Shown here: in pieces, positions 19,563 to 28,758 of the stretch
How the letters are laid out: every line of letters starts with the position of its first letter
How positions within the stretch are numbered: the first letter of the stretch is position 1
DNA from: a bacterium
GTDB taxonomy: Bacteria; Sysuimicrobiota; Sysuimicrobiia; Sysuimicrobiales; Segetimicrobiaceae
Assembly: GCA_035307565.1 (NCBI GenBank)
Contig: DATGHZ010000015.1
Location: forward strand, 24,616 to 88,615
DNA: 64,000 bases
Direction of reading: 5' to 3'
Notes under the pieces: model-generated
Databases searched by the model: none
The model's input: the letters and a program-made list of their open reading frames with translations, nothing else
Told to the model about the DNA's origin: nothing
Made by a program: the position numbers and the translations under genes

Positions 19563-20319
19563 AGATCACGGGCCGCATCTTCCCGTCGACACCGACGTCG
19601 TCATCGCGTCGGCGTTCTGCGAGCGTGCGGCCCGGCTTGCGCCGGAGGAGATCGCGCTCCTCCCATGCGTCCGCGTGGGCTACAGTCCCCACCACATGGA
19701 CTTCCCCGGCACGCTGACGATCCGGTGGAACACGTTTGTCGAGTATCTCGCCGACATCACGCGGAGTCTCGCGCACCACGGCTTCACGAAGATGCTGATG
19801 GTGAACGGCCATGGCAGCAACCGGCCGCTCGTTGAAATGGCGGCGCGGATAACGGTGGTGGAGCGTCCCGACGTGCACTGTGCGTACACCTCGTGGTGGG
19901 ACCTCCAGGACGTGCGCACGGCCTTCAATGCGGTCCGCGAGTCCCGGGTCACCTCGCACGCGTGCGAGATCGAGACCTCCGTATACCTGGCCGTCGACGC
20001 GTCGCGCGTCCGGATGGATCGCGCCGCCGCCGACAATACATATCAACAGTCGCCCCATTTCTGGGGTGATCTCGCCGGCCGCAAGCCGGACCCGTCTTTC
20101 AAGAATCCGTTGTGGATGACCGAGTACTGGAGCGCCGACTCGACGAACGGGATCAAGGGCGATCCGACGCGCGCGACCGCGGAGAAGGGCGAGCGCGCGC
20201 TCGCGGCCGGCGCCGCGGAGCTCGTCGAGATCGTCCGCGAATTGCGCGCCCGGCCGATCAAGCCCCGGATCCCGCACCAGGCGCGGCCGGCTCAGCCGTT
20301 GGGAATCGCCAAGACGTAG
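19462..20319 (+). CDS. Creatininase-family amidohydrolase (paralog 1)
   Basis: [42 protein letters not shown] and HACEIETS metal-ligand motifs. Confidence 0.85.
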   Translation: MPKQRYLYEHMTWEEVNDAVRAGRVALIPVGTIEDHGPHLPVDTDVVIASAFCERAARLAPEEIALLPCVRVGYSPHHMDFPGTLTIRWNTFVEYLADITRSLAHHGFTKMLMVNGHGSNRPLVEMAARITVVERPDVHCAYTSWWDLQDVRTAFNAVRESRVTSHACEIETSVYLAVDASRVRMDRAAADNTYQQSPHFWGDLAGRKPDPSFKNPLWMTEYWSADSTNGIKGDPTRATAEKGERALAAGAAELVEIVRELRARPIKPRIPHQARPAQPLGIAKT

Positions 20320-20371
20320 CCTCGCGCTGCGGCAGGCACGTCCTCCGAGGTGATGCGCCGTCGACTCCAGC

Positions 20372-21139
20372 GTGGGGGGGCTATTCGTGTTCGCGCCTGA
20401 GGAACGGGATCGCATCCAGGAGCGCATTCTAGAGATGGCCCGCGCCGATCCACGGATCGTCGCGGCGGCGGTCATTGGCGCCGCGGCCCTCGGACGAGGG
20501 GACCGCTGGTCGGATCTGGACCTGGGGTTCGGCGTGGGTGAAGATGCGACGCCGGCCGATCTACTGGCGGACTGGACGCCGCGTCTGGAGCGCGAGTTTG
20601 ACGCCACGCACCTCTTCGACCTCACCGTAGGGTCCACGATCTATCGCGTGTTCCTGTTCCCCGGCGCGCTGCAGGTCGATCTGTCCTTCGCCCCCGCGTC
20701 CGAGTTTGGTTCGCGGGGCCCGAAGTTCCGGCTGCTCTCCGGCCGTGCCGTGGAGCACCCTCCGGTCGAACCGCCGTCGGCGCGGCATCTGTTTGGCCTC
20801 GGCGTCCACCATGCGGTCCGTGCGAGGTTCTGCATCGAACGGGGCCGGCCGTGGCAGGCGCAGCATTGGATCAGCGAACTGCGCGAGATCGGTCTGTTGC
20901 TTGCCTGCCGGCGCCGCGGGCTCGAGATGCGGCAGGGTCGCGGTTATGACGAGTTGTCCCCCGATGTCTTGAAACCGTTCGAAGCGTCCCTCGTGCGTGC
21001 GGTCGACCGTGCGGAGCTTCTGCGCGCACTCCGGAGCGCAATTGACAATCTGCTTTCTCACGCCGGCGAGGCGCACGAGACCGCCGCGCAGGTGCGGCAC
21101 CAATTACTGACGCTCGTCTCCGATAACTTCGCGCGGTAG
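20372..21139 (+). CDS. Nucleotidyltransferase-domain protein (pol-beta superfamily, ANT-like)
   Basis: GAAALGRGDRWSDLDLGF resembles the G-x(n)-D-x-D NTase motif, followed by a helical C-terminal domain. Start uncertain. Confidence 0.55.
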   Translation: MGGLFVFAPEERDRIQERILEMARADPRIVAAAVIGAAALGRGDRWSDLDLGFGVGEDATPADLLADWTPRLEREFDATHLFDLTVGSTIYRVFLFPGALQVDLSFAPASEFGSRGPKFRLLSGRAVEHPPVEPPSARHLFGLGVHHAVRARFCIERGRPWQAQHWISELREIGLLLACRRRGLEMRQGRGYDELSPDVLKPFEASLVRAVDRAELLRALRSAIDNLLSHAGEAHETAAQVRHQLLTLVSDNFAR

Positions 21140-21258
21140 ACTCTCTACGGACTCGAGGCCATCATCGCTCCCGGTCGCCACGGGAACTCGCTGGATTAGG
21201 ATGTCGGGCATGAAGGCCGTCCGATCGGAGTGATATCAATACGGTATCAGCGCGGCGC

Positions 21259-22146
21259 TTACCAGCCGAACGGTAAGGCGAACGTCGGCGCCGCGGCGTG
21301 GTGGTCGTGCCGTTCCGGCCGGGGACGCGTCCGGAACCAGCGAACCATCTCGACCAATTGGCCGACGGCGTGCTCGAACACCTCGCGGCCCTTCTCCGGG
21401 GTCGCCTTCTTCGCTTCCCCGATCACGCCGCTCTGCGTGTACGTCGACGTCCACTCCACGATCGCCGCGGGCGACGACGCGGTCAGGTCGACGGTGTGCC
21501 ACCGCGCCGCGCCGGGCAGCGCCATGAACGCCGCGAGTTCGTCGCGAATCTCCTGTGCGCGCACGCCGGCGGGATCGACGTGCTGGTACATCGAGGTCTC
21601 GAGTTCGCACGCGTGCGCGCAGCCGCCCGGCAGGACCGACTCCCGCCACTCGCGGTTCCAGCGCTCGGCGACAAGCTGCCACCAGGACAGGGTGAGGCAC
21701 AGCGCGTCCGTCTGCAGAATCGTCTGCCGCCCGATCTCTTCCACCAGCGGATGGTTGGAGCCGTGGCCGTTGACCACGACGATCCGCTTGAACCCGTGGT
21801 AGGCGACGGAACGCGTGATATCGAGGAGAAACTTCACGAAGGTGCTCGGTTCGATGTTGATAGTGCCGGGAAAGTCCATGACGTGATGGCAGTACCCGTA
21901 GGCGACGGGCGGCAGGACCAGCATATCGGCGGGCGCCCGGCGCGCGGCCTCGTAGACGACGCTGCTGCTCAGTTTCGCGTCCACGTCGAGCGGCAGATGA
22001 TGGCCGTGCTGCTCGGTCGAGCCCACCGGGAGCACGACCACCTTCTTCATGGCCACGGCGTCGTTGATCTCCGGCCAGGTCAGATGCTCGTACCGGTATT
22101 CCTGCTCCACCGACCTGCGCGGACTGGATGCGCGTGCGATCGCCAT
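21259..22146 (-). CDS. Creatininase-family amidohydrolase (paralog 2)
   Basis: ATG 22146 is preceded by GGAGGAG. LPVGSTEQHGHHLPLDVD, VNGHGSN and HACELETS. The 70-codon upstream extension of the ORF is rejected. Confidence 0.85.
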   Translation of the reverse strand: MAIARASSPRRSVEQEYRYEHLTWPEINDAVAMKKVVVLPVGSTEQHGHHLPLDVDAKLSSSVVYEAARRAPADMLVLPPVAYGYCHHVMDFPGTINIEPSTFVKFLLDITRSVAYHGFKRIVVVNGHGSNHPLVEEIGRQTILQTDALCLTLSWWQLVAERWNREWRESVLPGGCAHACELETSMYQHVDPAGVRAQEIRDELAAFMALPGAARWHTVDLTASSPAAIVEWTSTYTQSGVIGEAKKATPEKGREVFEHAVGQLVEMVRWFRTRPRPERHDHHAAAPTFALPFGW

Positions 22147-22159
22147 CTTCTCTCCTCCT

Positions 22160-22978
22160 CTACAGCCGGTTGAGGAACGTCCGGACGCTCTCCATAAACC
22201 GCGTCGTCTCTTCCGTCTGCGGCGAATGGCCGCTGTGCTCGAAGATGTGGAGTTCAGACCCAGGAATCCCTCGCGCGAGTTCCTCCGATTCGGGGACCGG
22301 GCAGATCCAGTCGTGGCGGCCCACGCCGATCCACGTGGGCACACGGATGCGGCCAAGCTCCTCCCGTACGTCGTACCGATCGTAGTCGCGGATCAGCGCC
22401 CGGCGTGTCATCGGATCGAAGTCCCGGCCGGCGAGTGAGACGGGCGCGAAGCCCTTATCATGGTAGTACATGGGCTGAATCGTCTCGAAGGCGCGCCGGA
22501 ATTCCGCCGGATCGTCGATCGAACCGTCCCACAAACGGCGGTACGCGTCCCGCATCGCGGGGGTGCCCAGGCGTTCCATGTTGGCGGCCGCCCGCGCCAT
22601 GAACCCCTTGCTCGGCGACGTGCCGACCAGGATGAGCGCCCGCAATGCCTCGGGGTACGTCGCCGCATAGATGAGCGAAATGAAGCCGCCGGCGGAGGTG
22701 CCGAGCAGGATCGGCCGGTCGGCGCCGAGCGCGCGGCAGAGCCCCCAAAGGTCCTCGGCCAATCGGGCCTGCGTGTACGTCGCTTCGGGCGCCTTGGAGG
22801 ACCGGCCGTGGCCGCGGTGATCGTAGGCGATCAGCCGCGCGCGGCCGGCGAGTGGAGCGTACTGCGCGAGGCGTCCGGCGGCGGGCCCGACGCCGGGGCC
22901 GCCGTGCACGAGCACGCACGGCGGCCCCTCGCCCGCCATCTCGTAGAAGAGATCCACGTCGCCGACGCGCACCTGCAC
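22160..22978 (-). CDS. Alpha/beta hydrolase (proline iminopeptidase-like)
   Basis: VLVHGGPG oxyanion region, YDHRGHGRS, and nucleophile elbow LLGTSAGGF. Confidence 0.8.
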   Translation of the reverse strand: MQVRVGDVDLFYEMAGEGPPCVLVHGGPGVGPAAGRLAQYAPLAGRARLIAYDHRGHGRSSKAPEATYTQARLAEDLWGLCRALGADRPILLGTSAGGFISLIYAATYPEALRALILVGTSPSKGFMARAAANMERLGTPAMRDAYRRLWDGSIDDPAEFRRAFETIQPMYYHDKGFAPVSLAGRDFDPMTRRALIRDYDRYDVREELGRIRVPTWIGVGRHDWICPVPESEELARGIPGSELHIFEHSGHSPQTEETTRFMESVRTFLNRL

Positions 22979-22994
22979 GCTGACTTCCTCCTGT

Positions 22995-23900
22995 TCAGCT
23001 CCGCCGCGGATCGAGGGCGTCCCGCAGCCCGTCGCCGGCGAGGTTGATGCTGAGCACTGTTACGAAGATGGCCGTTCCCGGGAACGTGGCAATCCACCAC
23101 GCGCTGTCGACGTAGCGCCGGCCGTCGACGAGCATGTTGCCCCACGACGGCAGCGGCGGCTGAATGCCCACGCCGAGGTACGAGAGGCCGGATTCGATGA
23201 GGATCGCATCCGCCATGAACAACGTGGCCTGCACGATCACCGCCGGGAGGAGATTCGGAAACACGTGCCGCCACAGCGTGCGCGCCGCGGACGCGCCGAG
23301 CGCCTGGGCCGCCTCGATAAACTGGTGCTGGCGCAGGCGCAGCGCCTCGCCCCGGATGATCCGTGCGGTCGGCGGCCAGTAGACGAGGCCGATCACGAGG
23401 ATGGTGTTGCGGAGGCTGGGTCCGAATAGCGCGATGATGAGCAGGACGAGGAACAGGGGAGGAATGCCAAGCGCGAGTTCCGTGAGCCGGGTGAGCCACA
23501 GGTCCGTCGTGCCGAGGAAGTAGCCCCCGGCGATGCCGATGAGTGTGCCCACGGCGAGCGCGACGCCCGTCGCGACGATACCGGTTGCGAGCGACGCGCG
23601 GGCGCCCACGACGATCCGGCTGAGTACGTCCCGCCCAAAGGCGTCCGTGCCGAGCAGGTGCGCCGCGCTCGGCGCCTCCAAGCGCCGGTCGAGATCCTGC
23701 AGCGCATAGGGGTAGGGCGCCAGCCGGACCGCCAGGAGCGCGGCGACGCCGATCGCCGCGAACACGAGCGCGCTCGCGAGGGCGAGGCGGTTGCGGGCGA
23801 ATGCCAGGCCGATCGCGGCGAGTGTGCCACGCCGGACACGCGTGGGGGGGATGCGGCCGCCGGCCTCGGGCGGCCGCAGCGCGCCGGATGTCACCGCCAT
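22995..23900 (-). CDS. ABC transporter permease, DppC-like (cassette 4)
   Basis: ATG 23900 (MAVTSGAL...) overlaps the upstream gene by 10 nt. LLGTDAFGRDVLSRIVVGAR and NLAGDGLRDALDPR. Confidence 0.9.
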   Translation of the reverse strand: MAVTSGALRPPEAGGRIPPTRVRRGTLAAIGLAFARNRLALASALVFAAIGVAALLAVRLAPYPYALQDLDRRLEAPSAAHLLGTDAFGRDVLSRIVVGARASLATGIVATGVALAVGTLIGIAGGYFLGTTDLWLTRLTELALGIPPLFLVLLIIALFGPSLRNTILVIGLVYWPPTARIIRGEALRLRQHQFIEAAQALGASAARTLWRHVFPNLLPAVIVQATLFMADAILIESGLSYLGVGIQPPLPSWGNMLVDGRRYVDSAWWIATFPGTAIFVTVLSINLAGDGLRDALDPRRS

Positions 23901-24841
23901 GCGATGCGCGGGTCGGCGATGGAGTACAGCACGTCTGTCAGGACGTTCGCCCCGATGACCACGAGGGCGAGCAGCATGTTGAGGCCCAAAAGCAGCGGAT
24001 AATCGCGCGCCGTGACGGCGTCCACCGCGAGCCGGCCGATGCCGGGCCACGCGAACACCGTCTCGGTCAGCACCGCGCCGCCCACCAGAAAACGGACGGA
24101 GAGGCCGAGCAGCGTGATCAGCGGCAGTAGAGCGTTTCGGAACGCATGGCGCAGCAGCACGGCTCGCTCGCGCAGTCCCTTTGCCCGGGCCACGGAGACG
24201 AACGGCTGGTGCAACGAGTCGAGGAGGCTCGAGCGCGTGAACCGCAGGAAGGCGGCCACTTGGGTGCCGGCGAGGGTAACCACGGGCAGGACCGCGTGGC
24301 GCAGGCGATCCGCGATATCGCCCTCGAGGCCGTAACTGCTCATGCCGGACGACGGCAGCCAGCGCAGCAGGCTCGCGAAAAGCAAGATCAACAGAATGCC
24401 GAGCCAAAAACTCGGAAACGACACGCCGGCGAGCGCGATTCCGGTCGCGGACCGGTCGAGCCATGAGTTCGCCCGCGTCGCCGCGACAATGCCGAGCGGA
24501 ACCGCGACGAGGACTGCCAGCGCTAAGGCACCCCCGGCCAGTTCCGCCGTGGCCCCCATCCGGTCCTTGATGACCCGCGAGACGGGCGCCCCCTGCAAAT
24601 ACGATCGGCCAAAGTCGCCACGCGCGGCATTACGGAGCCACAGGACGTACTGCAGGGGCAGCGGCCGATCGAGGCCCAGGCTGTGCCGGACGGCCTGCGC
24701 CGCCTGTTGCGAGATGTCACCGCCGAGCAGGGCCGCTTCGGGTCCCCCGGGCGCCAGGTGGACGAGCACGAAGAGCACCACCGAGACGCCGAGCAGCATC
24801 GGAATCGTGCCGATCAACCGGCGAAGCACATACGCGCCCAC
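23891..24841 (-). CDS. ABC transporter permease, DppB-like (cassette 4)
   Basis: YVLRRL...APGGP and EAA-loop QPFVSVARAKGLRERAVLLRHAFRNALLP. Confidence 0.9.
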   Translation of the reverse strand: MGAYVLRRLIGTIPMLLGVSVVLFVLVHLAPGGPEAALLGGDISQQAAQAVRHSLGLDRPLPLQYVLWLRNAARGDFGRSYLQGAPVSRVIKDRMGATAELAGGALALAVLVAVPLGIVAATRANSWLDRSATGIALAGVSFPSFWLGILLILLFASLLRWLPSSGMSSYGLEGDIADRLRHAVLPVVTLAGTQVAAFLRFTRSSLLDSLHQPFVSVARAKGLRERAVLLRHAFRNALLPLITLLGLSVRFLVGGAVLTETVFAWPGIGRLAVDAVTARDYPLLLGLNMLLALVVIGANVLTDVLYSIADPRIAWR

Positions 24842-24951
24842 GCGGCGTCCCCGATTACCGGCGCGGCAGGGTCATGCGGCCGCGCCGGGCCGCGGCGCGC
24901 ACACGGCCGGGCTCAGTCCGGCGTCCCGGGCGCTATGACCGGCACACGCGG

Positions 24952-26595
24952 CTAAGGTCCCCAGGAGGCCGTCCGCAGCGACCGGTATAGGGCGCCCTGC
25001 GACGGGATAAGGGCCAGCCCCTTGAGCTCGCGCCGGTAGACGTACATCTCTTTGCCGTAATAGCCCCAGACGTAGGGTGCGTCGTCCGCCAAGACTTGCT
25101 GGAATCTCACGTAGATTTCGCGGCGCTTCGCACGGTCGAGCGTGCCGCGCGCGTCCTCGAGCAGCCGGTCCACCTCGGCGTTCTTGTAGTGCGCGAAGTT
25201 GCGGCCGTTCCACTGGCTGGAGTGCCAGATCGTGTAGTTGAACGGATCGGGGTCGGGATGGCCGGTCCAACCAACGAGGATGCCTTCGAAGTCGGACGCG
25301 AACAACTGCCGCACGAAGGTCGGCCAGTCGAGCAGTCTGATGTCGGCCTGCACGCCGACGCGCGCGAGATCTGATTGTACGATGACCGCGGAATCCCGGA
25401 CCGCCTGATCGCCCTGGTCGCCCTTAATGGAGAAGCGGAACGGCTGCCCGCCTTTCTGCAGCGTACCGTCCGGGCCCGGCGCGAACCCAGCCTCGGCCAG
25501 CAGGGCCTTCGCCTTGGCGGGATTGTATGGATAGATGGTCACTTTGGGCGTGTAGGCCCAACTGGTCGGCGGGATCGGCCCGGTCGCCCGGACCGCGTAG
25601 CTGCGCAGCACCTTGCGTACGATGGCGTCGAAATCGACCGCATACGACAACGCGCGGCGGACGCGCACATCGTTGAACGGTGCGCGGTCGAGCCGGAAGC
25701 CGAAGTACTGGTAGCTCGGCGTATACGCCCCGGCGATCATGTACTGCCGGTCGGTCTTGAGCCGGTCCAGCTCGTCCGGCGGCGGTCCTTCGAGCACATC
25801 GATGTCTCCCGTGCGCAGCGCCTGCGTGCGCACGACCGGATCGGGGATGATCCGGAAGACGATCTGCCGGATCGCCGGCCGGCCGGCGTAGTACCGGTCG
25901 TTGGCCTGCAGGACGATCCGGTCGCCCTTGCGCCACTCGACAAACCGGTAGGGGCCGTCGCCGATCGGCTTATTGTTGAAGTCGTCGGTGTTGAGATCTT
26001 TGCCTTCGAGCACGTGCTGCGGCGCCATGGCGCCCCGCGGGCATGTCAGCACACCGAGCAGGGCGGCGTAGGGATGGGCAAGGTTGACGCGGACGGTGTA
26101 CGGATCGAGCACCTCCACCGGCTTCTTGGCCAGCGTCCGGATGTCCGCGGGGTGGTCGGCGTTCGTGAGTTCCCCGTATCCTGCCAGCGCGCCGAAAAAC
26201 GCCCGAGACGGCGCGCGCACCTTCGGATTCAGCATCGAGGCCGCCCAAAACGCCACGTCGTTGGCGGTGAACGGCTGCCCGTCGTGCCACAGCACGCCGT
26301 GGCGGAGGTGGAACGTGTAGCTCAGGCCGTCCGGCGACGCATCCCAGCGTTCGGCCAACGCCGGTTTGATTGCGAGGTTCTCGTCGTACTCCACGAGGCA
26401 GTCGAACAACGACCACTCGACCTCGTACGACTGTCCGTCGCTTGCGATGATCGGGTCGAGAAACGATGCGTCGCCGCGTAAGCCGATCGTCAGCGTGTCT
26501 TTGGCGCCCCAGGTGGGATCCGGCCGCAGAGACCCGAGTCCGCACAGCACCGCCGCTGCGGCGATCAGGAACCACACGCGCGCACGAACGCTCAC
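24952..26595 (-). CDS. ABC transporter substrate-binding protein, family 5 (cassette 4)
   Basis: Family-5 SBP-like. GTG 26595 (VSVRARVWFLIAAAAVLCG signal peptide) lies a few nt after AGGGGGGGA. The ORF track starts at ATG 26643. Confidence 0.88.
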   Translation of the reverse strand: MSVRARVWFLIAAAAVLCGLGSLRPDPTWGAKDTLTIGLRGDASFLDPIIASDGQSYEVEWSLFDCLVEYDENLAIKPALAERWDASPDGLSYTFHLRHGVLWHDGQPFTANDVAFWAASMLNPKVRAPSRAFFGALAGYGELTNADHPADIRTLAKKPVEVLDPYTVRVNLAHPYAALLGVLTCPRGAMAPQHVLEGKDLNTDDFNNKPIGDGPYRFVEWRKGDRIVLQANDRYYAGRPAIRQIVFRIIPDPVVRTQALRTGDIDVLEGPPPDELDRLKTDRQYMIAGAYTPSYQYFGFRLDRAPFNDVRVRRALSYAVDFDAIVRKVLRSYAVRATGPIPPTSWAYTPKVTIYPYNPAKAKALLAEAGFAPGPDGTLQKGGQPFRFSIKGDQGDQAVRDSAVIVQSDLARVGVQADIRLLDWPTFVRQLFASDFEGILVGWTGHPDPDPFNYTIWHSSQWNGRNFAHYKNAEVDRLLEDARGTLDRAKRREIYVRFQQVLADDAPYVWGYYGKEMYVYRRELKGLALIPSQGALYRSLRTASWGP

Positions 26596-26725
26596 CGTTC
26601 CCCCCCTCACAAGCGGATTCGGTTGTATCGGGCGATCTCGCATCCCGAACTAGTTCGCGTTTCTCGGTGGCGGTCCTGGAGATTTCACAGGAGCGCCTTC
26701 GGCCGCCAGAGAACCAACGCTCTCC

Positions 26726-27763
26726 GTGTCCGCGCCCGCTGCCAGCGTGTTCCTCCGCGCATGCCGCCGTCTTCCCGTGACCTACACGCCGGTGTGGGCA
26801 ATGCGGCAGGCCGGCCGCTACCTGCCTGAGTATCGCCGGATCCGGGAGCGGATGAGCCTGCTCGATCTGTGCAAAACACCCGAGGCCGCCGCGGAAGTGA
26901 CGGTGCAACCCGTCGACCGGCTCGGCGTCGACGCGGCCATTCTCTTCGCCGACATTCTCCTGCTCGTTGAACCGCTCGGCGTGGGTCTCTCGTATGCGAA
27001 GGGCGAAGGGCCGGTGATCGGCCGGCCCGTCCGTACCCACGCGGACGTGGCCCGCCTGCCGCGGCTCGACCCCGCGGACACGGTGCCGTTCGTGTTCGAG
27101 ACCGTGCGGCTCGCCCGCCGCGCGCTCGCCGGCCGAGTGCCGCTGATCGGCTTTGCGGGAGCGCCGTTTACCGTTGCGTCGTATTTAATTGAAGGGGGTC
27201 CGTCCCGGGACTTCGTGCTGACAAAGCGCCTGATGTACACGGACCCCGAGACCTGGACCACGTTGATGGAGTTGCTGGCGGGCATGACGATGCGGTATCT
27301 GCGCGGTCAGATCGACGCGGGGGCGGAAGCGGTGCAGCTCTTCGACAGTTGGGCCGGCTGCCTGTCGCCGGACGCCTACCGGCGCTACGTGATGCCGCAC
27401 ACGCGCGCGGTCCTGGCGGCGCTGCCGGATCATGCGCCGGTGATTCACTTTGGCACAGGCACGGCCGGCCTGCTCGAAGCGATGCGCGACGCGGGCGGAG
27501 ACGTGATTGGTCTCGACTGGCGCGTTCACCTCGGCGACGCGTGGGCGCGCCTCGGCCTGGAGGTCGGGGTGCAGGGCAACCTCGATCCGGCGATCTTGTT
27601 GAGCACGCGGGCGGAGATCGAGCGCGGCGTCGCGGGCATTCTCGAGGCGGCGGCCGGGCGGCCGGGACACGTCTTCAACCTCGGCCACGGTGTCCTTCCG
27701 GACACGCCGTGGGAGCACGTACGGGCCATGGTGGACATGGTTCACGAGTTGAGCCGGCGGTGA
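26726..27763 (+). CDS. hemE: Uroporphyrinogen decarboxylase
   Basis: TPVWAMRQAGRYLPEYRR and the C-terminal FNLGHGV signature motifs. GTG start. Confidence 0.95.
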   Translation: MSAPAASVFLRACRRLPVTYTPVWAMRQAGRYLPEYRRIRERMSLLDLCKTPEAAAEVTVQPVDRLGVDAAILFADILLLVEPLGVGLSYAKGEGPVIGRPVRTHADVARLPRLDPADTVPFVFETVRLARRALAGRVPLIGFAGAPFTVASYLIEGGPSRDFVLTKRLMYTDPETWTTLMELLAGMTMRYLRGQIDAGAEAVQLFDSWAGCLSPDAYRRYVMPHTRAVLAALPDHAPVIHFGTGTAGLLEAMRDAGGDVIGLDWRVHLGDAWARLGLEVGVQGNLDPAILLSTRAEIERGVAGILEAAAGRPGHVFNLGHGVLPDTPWEHVRAMVDMVHELSRR

Positions 27764-28758
27764 TGTACGCGCGACAGGCGTCGCGAGGTGAATCGGGGCC
27801 GCTGTGGGCCGGCGGGGACGGCGAGCGCGGACCATTCGATGCGGTCCTGCTCATCGCGTACGGGGGACCGGACGGCCCGGAGGACGTCCGCCCATACTTG
27901 GCCGGGATCCTTAAAGGACGCCGCGTGCCGCCGGGACGTCTGGAAGAAGTCGCGCGTCACTACGACCTCTTTGGAGGGCGCTCGCCGCTCACGGCACTCA
28001 CACGCCGCCAGGCGGCCGCGCTTCACGAGGCGCTCGCGGCACAAGGACGCCGGCTCGGCGTCTACGTCGGGATGCGCAACTGGCACCCGTATCTCCACGA
28101 GACGATCGCCGCCATGCGCGACGCGGGCGTGCAACGGGCGATCGGGATTGTCATGGCCCCCCACCGCAGTTATGCGAGTTGGGAGCAATACCAGGAGAAC
28201 GTCGCCGACGCCCGGAGACACGTCGGGCGGGACGCGCCGGCCGTCGAGTACGTCGGCCCCTGGTCCGACCGGCCGGGCTTCATCACTGCGCAGGCCGATC
28301 GCGTCGAGGCTGTGCTGAGACCGCTGCCCGAAAGGGAGCGAGACGCCGCCACGCTCGTCTTCACCGCGCACAGCATTCCGGTCGCGATGGCCGAGCGCAG
28401 CGACTATGCGCGGGAGGTCGAGATCTCCGCCCGGCTCGTCGCCGCGCGGCTCGGCCACCCGCGGTGGCAGGTTGCCTACCAGAGCCGGAGCGGCGATCCG
28501 CGCGAGCCGTGGCTGGAGCCCGATGTGAACGACGTGCTGCGCGAACTCGCGGAGCGCCGCGTGCGCGCGGTAGTGACGGTGCCGATCGGCTTTGTCTCGG
28601 ATCACATCGAGGTACTGTACGATCTCGACACGGAGGCGCGCAGGACCGCGGCGGACCTCGGCATCGCCTACCATCGGGCGGGCACGGTGATGGACCACCC
28701 GGCCTTCATCGAAATGCTCGCCGCCCTCGTCGCCGCGGCGTCAGCAGAACGCACGTGA
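27763..28758 (+). CDS. hemH: Ferrochelatase (coproporphyrin-type inferred from hemEHY context)
   Basis: ATG 27763 overlaps the hemE stop (TGATG). LLIAYGGPDGPEDVRPYL, MRNWHPY and FTAHSIP motifs. Confidence 0.9.
   Translation: MYARQASRGESGPLWAGGDGERGPFDAVLLIAYGGPDGPEDVRPYLAGILKGRRVPPGRLEEVARHYDLFGGRSPLTALTRRQAAALHEALAAQGRRLGVYVGMRNWHPYLHETIAAMRDAGVQRAIGIVMAPHRSYASWEQYQENVADARRHVGRDAPAVEYVGPWSDRPGFITAQADRVEAVLRPLPERERDAATLVFTAHSIPVAMAERSDYAREVEISARLVAARLGHPRWQVAYQSRSGDPREPWLEPDVNDVLRELAERRVRAVVTVPIGFVSDHIEVLYDLDTEARRTAADLGIAYHRAGTVMDHPAFIEMLAALVAAASAERT

Noticed and set aside
26646-26657. CGAACTAGTTCG as a LexA Cheo/SOS box
   Set aside because: The Gram-positive SOS box is CGAAC-N4-GTTCG (14 bp). 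Here the half-sites are only 2 nt apart, and the neighbouring genes (hemE, a transporter) are not SOS genes.
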